This document shows, one piece after another, positions 17,909 through 26,200 of a DNA stretch of 64,000 nt; positions within the stretch are counted from its first letter, which is position 1, and every line of letters begins with the position of its first letter. The notes below the pieces were generated by a model. That model was not told the DNA's origin. It worked only from the letters and a program-made list of their open reading frames with translations, and made no database searches. The position numbers were made by a program, and so were the translations under genes. Origin of the DNA: Candidatus Limnocylindrales bacterium (GTDB lineage Bacteria > Chloroflexota > Limnocylindria > Limnocylindrales > CSP1-4); contig DASYSM010000111.1 of assembly GCA_036003325.1 (NCBI GenBank), forward strand, positions 2,231 through 66,230. The letters are read 5' to 3'.

Positions 17909-19147
17909 GTGGCCAAGAACGGAAGCAACGGCAAGAACGGGTCGACCCCTGGCAACACCTGGGCGGGCGCCGGGCGCCGCGGCGATGGCAAGATCCGGGT
18001 CGCCATCGTCGGCGTCGGGAACTGCGCCAGCAGCCTGGTCCAGGGTCGCTACTACTACCAGGATGCCAAGAAGGACGACTTCGTCCCGGGCCTGATGCAC
18101 GTCGACCTCGGCGGCTATCACGTCCGCGACATCGAGTTCGTGGCGGCCTTCGACATCGACAAGAACAAGGTCGGCAAGGACCTGTCCGAGGCGATCTACA
18201 CCAAGCCGAACAACACGTACGTCTTCCAGCAGGTCCCGCACACCGGCGTCACGGTCGAGCGCGGGATGACCCACGACGGGCTCGGCAAGTACCTGAGCCA
18301 GGTGATCGAGAAGGCCCCCGGTCCCACGGCGGACATCGTCAGCATCCTCAAGGAACGCGAAGTCGACGTCATGGTCAGCTACCTCCCGGTCGGTTCCGAG
18401 GAAGCCACCAAGTGGTACGTCGAACAGGCGCTCCGGGCCGGCGTCGGGTTCATCAACGCGATCCCGGTGTTCATCGGCCGCGAGCCGTACTGGCAGCGCC
18501 GCTTCGCCGAGGCCGGTCTCCCGGTCATCGGTGACGACATCAAGAGCCAGGTCGGCGCGACCATCACCCACCGCGTCCTCACCCGCCTGTTCATGGACCG
18601 CGGCGTCCGGCTCGACCGCACGTACCAGCTCAACTTCGGCGGCAACACCGACTTCCTCAACATGCTCGAGCGCGAGCGCCTCGAGTCCAAGAAGATCAGC
18701 AAGACCAATGCCGTCACCTCGATGCTGGACTACGAGATCGACACCGACGACATCCACGTCGGACCCTCGGACCATGTGCCGTGGCTGCTCGACCGCAAGT
18801 GGTGCTACATCCGGATGGAGGGCACGACCTACGGCGACGTCCCGCTCAACGCGGAGCTCAAGCTCGAGGTCTGGGACAGCCCCAACAGCGCCGGCGTCAT
18901 CACCGATGCCATCCGCTGCCTCAAGCTCGGTCTCGACCGCGGCCTGAGCGGCACGCTCGTGGCGCCGTCGAGCTACTTCATGAAGAGCCCGCCGCACCAG
19001 ATCCACGACGACATCGCGTTCAACCGCGTCGAGGCGTTCATCCGCGGCGACGACAACGAGACGCTCGTCGGGACCGAGGCCCCGGTCAAGAAGACGGTCC
19101 GGCGGCTGGCCGGCGCCAAGGCCAAGGTGGCCACCGCCGCGCGGTGA
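17909..19147 (+). CDS. ino1: myo-Inositol-1-phosphate synthase
   Basis: GTG 17909 follows a GGAGAG SD within ORF 17843..19147. Sequence [18 protein letters not shown]..., [11 protein letters not shown], about 412 aa. Confidence 0.85.
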   Translation: MAKNGSNGKNGSTPGNTWAGAGRRGDGKIRVAIVGVGNCASSLVQGRYYYQDAKKDDFVPGLMHVDLGGYHVRDIEFVAAFDIDKNKVGKDLSEAIYTKPNNTYVFQQVPHTGVTVERGMTHDGLGKYLSQVIEKAPGPTADIVSILKEREVDVMVSYLPVGSEEATKWYVEQALRAGVGFINAIPVFIGREPYWQRRFAEAGLPVIGDDIKSQVGATITHRVLTRLFMDRGVRLDRTYQLNFGGNTDFLNMLERERLESKKISKTNAVTSMLDYEIDTDDIHVGPSDHVPWLLDRKWCYIRMEGTTYGDVPLNAELKLEVWDSPNSAGVITDAIRCLKLGLDRGLSGTLVAPSSYFMKSPPHQIHDDIAFNRVEAFIRGDDNETLVGTEAPVKKTVRRLAGAKAKVATAAR

Positions 19148-20229
19148 CCGACGGCGAGCGACGTCTCGAGGCGCCGCACCGGCGCGGAGGCGCCAGTCCG
19201 AGGATCGTGGAGCGGTCGGCCGTCATCGGCTACCGCTCCGCCTCGTGGCTGCTGCGGACATTGCCGGCGGGGCCGACCGGGACGGTCCTGGGCCTGGCCT
19301 CACAGGGCTCGTACCTGCTCTGGCCGAAGAAGCGAGACTGGTCGAACCAGAATTTCGGGCACGTCCTCGGGCTGCCCCCGGACGACCCGAGAGTCCGGCG
19401 GCTGGCGCTGCGCGCGTACCGCGAGTACGGGCGCTACCTGGTCGAGCTGATGCGCGTCCCGCACCTGCCCGAGGAGGAGGTCGTCGGCCTCGTCGACGCC
19501 CCTGATGGCGACCAGGTCAGGCGGATCATCGACGCGTCCGACGTCGGCGGGATCATCGTCACCGCGGCACACGTCGGCAACAACGACCTGATCGGGGCCG
19601 CCATCGCCCATATGGGCCTGCCACTCAACGTGGTGGCCGACGATTCCGCGTTCCCGGAGCTGTTCGACCACCTGCGTCGCCAGCGCGAGCAGTGGCATGC
19701 GACGCTCATCCCGTGGCGCAACCTGCGCGCGATCTTCGGCGTGCTGCGGCGTCGCGAGGTGCTCGGCCTGCTGGTGGACTGGGGCTACCGGAGCGACGGG
19801 ATCCCGGTCCGGCTGTTCGATGGCTGGACTGCGCTCCCGGCCGGACCGGCGACGCTCGCGGCCAAGACATCGTCGCGGATCGTCCCGCTCATCGCCCACC
19901 GACTTCCCGACGGCCGGCTCCGGGTCACGTTGTGCGACCCGATCTCGGTCACCTCGAACGACCCGGCCGAGCTCCAGCGGGCGACCCAGGCCATCGCCGA
20001 TGCGGTGGCCGACGGGATCCGGCCCGCACCGGAGCAGTGGTACAGCTTCAAGCCGATCTGGCCGGCCTCTGCCGCGGAGGCGGCGGACCTCGAGCGCCGA
20101 GCGCTCGAGATGCAGGCCGGTCGTCCGGACCCCGGCCCATCGAGGACGCTGCCGCGCGACGAGGCGGACCAGGTCGAGCTCCCGGGGGAGGCGGGCGCGG
20201 CCGAGGCAAGGCCAGAGGTGGTCCCGTGA
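19144..20229 (+). CDS. Lauroyl/myristoyl (HtrB/PatA-like) lipid acyltransferase, copy 1
   Basis: GTGA overlap with the ino1 stop. LPLAT-like sequence (AAHVGNNDL catalytic-His region). The start could instead be GTG 19207. Confidence 0.65.
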   Translation: MTDGERRLEAPHRRGGASPRIVERSAVIGYRSASWLLRTLPAGPTGTVLGLASQGSYLLWPKKRDWSNQNFGHVLGLPPDDPRVRRLALRAYREYGRYLVELMRVPHLPEEEVVGLVDAPDGDQVRRIIDASDVGGIIVTAAHVGNNDLIGAAIAHMGLPLNVVADDSAFPELFDHLRRQREQWHATLIPWRNLRAIFGVLRRREVLGLLVDWGYRSDGIPVRLFDGWTALPAGPATLAAKTSSRIVPLIAHRLPDGRLRVTLCDPISVTSNDPAELQRATQAIADAVADGIRPAPEQWYSFKPIWPASAAEAADLERRALEMQAGRPDPGPSRTLPRDEADQVELPGEAGAAEARPEVVP

Positions 20230-21194
20230 CATTCCGCGGCCGGTTGCTGCTCGCCGCCTCGTGGCTGGCGTGTCGTCTCCCGGAACGATCCGCGTTCCGG
20301 GTGGCCGGGCTGGTCGGTGACCTGTGGTACCGCCTGGCGCCGGGTCGGGCCGCACAGGCCCGACGCAATCTCGGCCGTGTCTGCCGGTCGCTGGCGGCCT
20401 CGGGGCGCGGCAGCGCCGCGGTGCGCGCCGCCGCGACCGACCCGGCCGCGCTCGAGCGTCTGGTCCGATCCGCCTTCCGGCACCACGCCCGCTACTACCT
20501 CGAGGTCGCGCGCGGCCCGGCCATCACCCGCGACTACGTCGACGAGCGGCTCGTGCTGGAGACGCCCGATCTGATCGCCGAGGCCGTCGTGCCGGGCAAG
20601 GCCGTCCTGTTCGTCGGGCTCCATCTCGGGACGGTCGAGCTGGCGGTCATCTTCCTCGCCTACCGTGTCGGCGAGACCGTGACGCCGATGGAGACCATCG
20701 ACGACCCCGGGCTGCAGGCGTACTTCGAGCGGACCCGAGGCGTCGCCGGCGTCCGACTCGTGGGCCTGCGGGAGGCGCGCCGCGAACTCACCCGGGCGCT
20801 CGACAGCGGCATCCCCGTGGGCCTGGTCGGCGATCGCGACCTGACCGGCGGCGGCATCCCGATCGAGCTGTTCGGCGCCCCCGCCATGCTGCCGATGGGC
20901 CCGGCCATGCTGGCCGTCGAGACAGGTGTGCCGACCTACGCGATGACGGTCCGCCGCGCCGGGAAGGGCCGGTTCCTCGGAAAGCTCATCCCGATCGATG
21001 TCCCGGCCGACGGCACGCGGCGCGAGCGCGTCACCACCACGATGACCCGCCTGGCGTCCGCCTTCGAGACGCTCATCGCCGACGCCCCCGACCAGTGGTG
21101 GGCGATCTTCTTCCCGATCTGGCCCGATCTCGAGGCGGACGGCGGAGCCGTTATCGAGGGCGTCGGCCCGGGCCGCGAGGGCGCGGCCGCATGA
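20226..21194 (+). CDS. Lauroyl/myristoyl (HtrB/PatA-like) lipid acyltransferase, copy 2
   Basis: GTGA overlap with the preceding stop. Paralogous layout (FVGLHLGTVELA His region; ARRNL...). 322 aa. Confidence 0.65.
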   Translation: MTFRGRLLLAASWLACRLPERSAFRVAGLVGDLWYRLAPGRAAQARRNLGRVCRSLAASGRGSAAVRAAATDPAALERLVRSAFRHHARYYLEVARGPAITRDYVDERLVLETPDLIAEAVVPGKAVLFVGLHLGTVELAVIFLAYRVGETVTPMETIDDPGLQAYFERTRGVAGVRLVGLREARRELTRALDSGIPVGLVGDRDLTGGGIPIELFGAPAMLPMGPAMLAVETGVPTYAMTVRRAGKGRFLGKLIPIDVPADGTRRERVTTTMTRLASAFETLIADAPDQWWAIFFPIWPDLEADGGAVIEGVGPGREGAAA

Positions 21195-22045
21195 CCGGCC
21201 GGTCCGAGGCAGCCGATCGACTCGGTCGCGCCGACCTCCACATCCACACCCTGGCCAGCGACGGCACGGCCGGCATCGAGGCCATCCTCGACCACGTCGA
21301 GCGGCGGACGGACCTCGATGTCATCGCCATCACCGACCACGAGCGGATCGACGCGGCGCTGGCCGCCCGGACCATGGCCCGCGATCGCGGCCTGCGCGTG
21401 GAGGTCGTCGTCGGCGAGGAGGTGACGACGCTCGGTGGTCACCTGCTGGCGCTCTACCTGGACCGGCCGATCCGGCCCTTCCGATCGCTGCGCAGCACGA
21501 TCCTGGCCGTCCACGACGCGGGCGGTCTGGCGATCCCGGCCCACCCGCTTGTCCCGCTCCCGCTATGCGCGCAGGGCTGGGTGCTCCGGCGGCTGCTCGA
21601 CGACCGCGATCCCGCAGCCCGCCCGGACGGTCTCGAGACATTCAACCCGACGACCCTCGGCAAGCCCTGGCATCGCCGGGTGGTGCGCTTTGCCGATGAC
21701 CACGGCCTGGCCCACCTCGGCAACAGCGACGCCCATGCCCTCGAGGCCATCGGCACCGGCTGGACGACGTTCCCCGGGCGCGACGCCGGGGCGCTGCGGC
21801 TCGCCATCGAGAGCGCCGAGACCGAACATGGCGGCACGTTCCACCAGACGGCCGGCCAGCTGGGCACCTTCTCGCGCCAGCTCCGCAAGCGCGGCCGCGA
21901 CGCACGTGACGAGGTCGTCGGCCGGGTCCGCCGCGACGGCACCGGCCGCGACCACGGCTACCCCGGTGGCCGGCAGCGGCCGCCGCGGTTCGAGACCGCC
22001 GACCCGGCCACGGGGTCGAGCGCGCCGCAGGGGAGCGACCGGTGA
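21191..22045 (+). CDS. PHP-domain metal-dependent phosphoesterase
   Basis: ATGA overlap with the preceding stop. PHP motifs ADLHIHTLASDGT, AITDHE, IPAHP and GNSDAH. 284 aa. Confidence 0.8.
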   Translation: MTGRSEAADRLGRADLHIHTLASDGTAGIEAILDHVERRTDLDVIAITDHERIDAALAARTMARDRGLRVEVVVGEEVTTLGGHLLALYLDRPIRPFRSLRSTILAVHDAGGLAIPAHPLVPLPLCAQGWVLRRLLDDRDPAARPDGLETFNPTTLGKPWHRRVVRFADDHGLAHLGNSDAHALEAIGTGWTTFPGRDAGALRLAIESAETEHGGTFHQTAGQLGTFSRQLRKRGRDARDEVVGRVRRDGTGRDHGYPGGRQRPPRFETADPATGSSAPQGSDR

Positions 22046-23292
22046 AGATCGGCCTCGTCTGCCCATACATCTACCCCGAGACGGGCGGGGTCGCCCAGCA
22101 TGTCCGACATCTGTACGAGAACCTGCGGCTGCACGGCCACGACGTCCGGATCCTCACCGCCAGCCACGGCCCGCAGCGCGCGTCGGAGGGGGACATCCTG
22201 CGCATCGGGGTCGGCTTCAGCTTCCCGATGAACGGGGCGGTGGGCACGCTCACGTTCTCGCCCCGCTATCTCGGCCAGGTCCGCGAGCTGCTCGACCGTG
22301 AGCGGTTCGACGTCCTCCATTTCCACGAGCCGTTCGTCCCGTTCCTGTCGCTCTTCCTGCTGCGCGAATCGCGAAGCGTCAACATCGCGACGTTCCACGC
22401 CTACGCCGGCTTCTCGCCGTCGTACGAGATCGGCAGCCGGCTGATGGTCGGCCACGCGGCCAAGCTCCATGGCCGGATCGCGGTCAGCGCGGCGGCGCGC
22501 CACTTCATCGACCGCTTCTTCCCCGGCGACTACAAGGTCATCCCCAATGGCGTCGATGTCCCGCGCTTCGCCGGGGCCGTGCCGCTGGCACGCTGGCAGG
22601 ACGGCACCCCGAACGTACTGTTCGTCGGCCGCCACGAACCGCGCAAGGGCCTGCTCGACCTGCTCAAGGCGCACCGCATCCTGCGCCGGACCGGCTACGA
22701 GGATCGGTTGCTCGTGGTCGGGTCGGGACCGCAGGAGCGTGAGGCGCGCCGCTACGTCGCGACCCGCGGCCTCAAGGCGGTCGAGTTCCTGGGCCGCGTC
22801 ACCGACGCCGAGAAGGCCCAGCTCTTCCGGACCGCCGACATCTTCGCCTCGCCGGCGACCGGCGGCGAGTCATTCGGGATCGTCCTGCTCGAGGCGATGG
22901 CCGCCGGCGCCCCGATCGTGGCGTCCGACATCCACGGCTACAAGGGCGTGGTCCGGCGCGGTCGCGAGGGGCTGCTGGTCCCGCCGCGCGAGCCCAAGGA
23001 GCTCGCCCTGGCCATCGCACGGCTGCTCGACGACCCCGGCCTCCGGGCGGAGATGGGCGCGGCCGGCCGCCTCCGGGCCGAGGAGTTCAGCTGGCCACGG
23101 GTGACCGCCAAGGTGGAGGACTACTACGGCTTCGTCATCCGACGGCTGGCCGCGACCGGGTCCCTGCCCGCCGACTTCCGGGCGCCCGTGCCTCAGGCGC
23201 CACCGCTCCGGGCCAGGCCCTCCGCATCCTCCGAGGTCGCGCTCGCGGCCTTGGCCTCGGCCAGCGCCAGCCGCCAGACCCAGGCGGAGTAG
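22042..23292 (+). CDS. pimA: GT4 glycosyltransferase, PimA-like phosphatidylinositol mannosyltransferase
   Basis: GTGA overlap with the PHP stop. The N-terminus MKIGLVCPYIYPETGGVAQHV resembles mycobacterial PimA by eye. C-terminal GT-B E-x7-E region (GGESFGIVLLEAMAAG). Confidence 0.75.
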   Translation: MKIGLVCPYIYPETGGVAQHVRHLYENLRLHGHDVRILTASHGPQRASEGDILRIGVGFSFPMNGAVGTLTFSPRYLGQVRELLDRERFDVLHFHEPFVPFLSLFLLRESRSVNIATFHAYAGFSPSYEIGSRLMVGHAAKLHGRIAVSAAARHFIDRFFPGDYKVIPNGVDVPRFAGAVPLARWQDGTPNVLFVGRHEPRKGLLDLLKAHRILRRTGYEDRLLVVGSGPQEREARRYVATRGLKAVEFLGRVTDAEKAQLFRTADIFASPATGGESFGIVLLEAMAAGAPIVASDIHGYKGVVRRGREGLLVPPREPKELALAIARLLDDPGLRAEMGAAGRLRAEEFSWPRVTAKVEDYYGFVIRRLAATGSLPADFRAPVPQAPPLRARPSASSEVALAALASASASRQTQAE

Positions 23293-26200
23293 GCGACCAC
23301 CAGGCAGGTCACGGTCAGGGCGATCAGCAGGAGCGCCAGCATCGGCGTGAACACCGGCGCGTTCGTGTCGCGGGTGACGGTGCTGACCGGGAACTGGAAC
23401 GCATATAGATAGGTCGGCAGGATGCCCTGGTACGCGGCGGTGACCGCGGCCGGCAGCGGCAGCGCGCTGATGTTGGGGTACAGGATCACGAACCAGCCGA
23501 CGACCGCGACCGCGAACCCGACCACGAACCGGCGCGCATCGCGTGACGCGAAGACCTGGAGCCCAAGGTAGCCGAGCGGGACGGCGACGACCAGGGCGAT
23601 CGGTTCGACCGGGATGTTGGTGAGGGTCAGGATGGCCGTGTCGGGCAGGACCACGGTCAGGACGACCAGCGCCAGCGCGATCACCGCCCCGGCGATCACC
23701 AGCCTGATGAGCGCCGGGGTCGCCACCGTTCGGCCGTCATCGAACGGCTCCTCGGCCTGCATCGCCAGGAACCCGCGGACGATGACGACGAGGCCGATCG
23801 CGAGGACGATCGCCAGGCCGGCCGTCTGCGCGGTCAGCACGAAGTCGGGGATGACCGCCGGGCACGCCTGCGAGCCGGGGTTGACGCTGTCGACCCCGAC
23901 CAGCGCGCAGATCGGCCGGTGGAGCAGCCACATCAAGGCCGGCCCCATGATCGCCAGCCCGCCGGCGATCCGGGCGAGCGCCCAGGTATGACGCGACGCT
24001 CCATGCCACAGCTCGGCCATGAAGTAGGCCAGCGCCATCACCACGAACGGCAGCGCGGTGTAGTAGTGGTACTGGAAGGCGGCCCGGTCGATGCGGGCCC
24101 AGGGGATCCACTGGGCGGCGAAGGCGATGGCCACGAGCGCGAGGGCCGGGCTTCTGCGCCGGAACGCCATCCACGACACGAACGCGATGGCCGGGATGCC
24201 GAGCCACCAGATGACGAGGCTGCCGGCGTCGTACAGCGCCGCCGAGGTGCCACCCGCTAGCGTGCCCTGGTAGAACCACACGGGCTTCAGGTTCAGCGGC
24301 CAGGCCCACCATGGCGACGACGCCGGGTGCGCCGCCGTGAGCCCGTTGTGATACGCGTACATCTGGCCGGTCAGGTCGAGGAGCGTCTGGCCGGTGTGGC
24401 CCGGCGGCCAGCCGGGGACCAGCTGGTGGTTCTCGATCATCGCCCACGGGATGTAGCTGATGACGTACACGACGAGCGGCACCGCGATGACGCAGACGAG
24501 CGTCCACACGACCGGGATGCCGGCCAGCCAGCCCGGGCGCAGCCAGCCCTCCGCCGGCGCCCCCGGCGGGTCGAGCAGTCGGATCGGGTCGTCCTGTCCG
24601 GGTGGTGCGGCGAGCGGTCCGAAGCCGATCCGCCCGCCCAGCCAGAACAGGCCGTACACGACGAGCGAGCCGAGCCCCAGCACGATCGCCATCTCCAGCA
24701 TCGTGATGGAGACCGATCCGAGTGTGATCGTGGCGTCGAGCCTGCCCGTCGCGAGCGCGCCGAAGAAGACGAGCGCACCGAGGGCGACCGGCGCGCCGAT
24801 GCCGAAGCGCATCTCGTCGTCGGTCCAGGCGACCGGGTGGACGACCGCCACGAACACCGCCAGCAGGGTGAGCGCGATCATGATCAGCAGGAAGGTCATG
24901 TTCCCGAACCCGGGGTCGCCGCCCGCCACCGCCGGCGGCACGCTGATGGCCATGTAGCCGAGGACGCCGGTGATGCCGATGAGCCCGAGGATGGCGAGGA
25001 CACGCCCGAGCGCGCTCCGGAGAAGGATCAGCAGGAGGAGCGCCCCGATGGCGTAGGCCGCCACCCACTTGCTCGCAAGGGCGAGACCCAGCAGGACCCC
25101 GATGGCCGGCATGGCGATCCAGAAGGCGGCCCGGCCCTTCCACCAGCCCGTCCAGATCGCGGCGAACAGCGTGTAGGCGGCCACGATGAACAGCCCGACG
25201 TACACGTCGTTCATGCCGATCCGCGACTGGACGAAGAACATCCCGTCGGCGATGACGAACAGGCCGACCAGGCCGGCGACGAGCCGCCGCCGGAACAGGA
25301 TCCGGGTCAGCAGATAGAGCAGGGCCGCCGTCAGCGCGCCGGCGATCACCCCAGGCAGCCGCCATGCGAACGCGTGCGACCCCGCGTCGATCGAGGCCGA
25401 CGCGCCGGCGCCGTCGAAGACGAGGAGCTGCTGGCGATCGTCGGACGGGTAGTCCGGGTTGAAGTCCGCGCCCCACGCGCTCGGCACGAAGCCGTCGGGC
25501 AGCCTGGCGTCGGCGTAGACGGCATTGCCGTGCGGCTCGACGACGTAGACCGTCCACGGTCCGGCCGCGGTCGCGTCCTGCGCCAGGCCCAGGATGTGGA
25601 CCATCTGGCTGGCCGGATCGTAGGCGACCCACGTCCCCGGTCCCGGCAGAGGCTGCAGACCCAGACCCGGGCCCTTGTCGGTCGGGCCTCCCTTGGCCGG
25701 ATCGCCACCGATGGCGATGACGTCGTAGCTCGGTGCCTCGGGGCCGCCCGATGTCGCGTACAGCTTGGGGTCGTCGATGCCCGTGACCTGCGCCAGGCCG
25801 TGGGCGCCGCCGGCCAGCTTGATCGTCGTGACCGACGTCGCCTGCTCGGGGTCGACGAACGCGACGCCATCATCGGTGGCGACCGCGACCCGGGTCACCG
25901 CATCCACCCGGACTCCTGGCAGCTTCCCGTCGGCGATCGCGGCATCGAGCTTGGTGCGCGCATCGCCGCTCCCGGGGTCGCCGAGCGCGACCGTCGTCCC
26001 CGGCGACGCCGACGCGAGCTTGTCCTCGACATCGCGCGCGCTCATCCCCAGGATCGTGGCCAGGCTGGCCGCAACGGCCGCCGGATCGGTGACCTCGTCC
26101 TTGGCCGCCACGACGGCAGAGCCGCTGCCGCCCGGCGCGAGGTCCGCGATGCCCGCCAGGTCGAGCGAGCCGATGATCCTGCCGGCATCGGTGTCGACCG

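Noticed and set aside
18781-19143. Upstream extensions of the operon ORFs (18781..20229, 19692..21194, 20324..22045) implying large gene overlaps
   Set aside because: The extensions are R/P-rich and overlap well-supported frames. In each case an in-frame GTG or ATG forms a 4-nt overlap with the preceding stop and precedes the start of recognisable family sequence.
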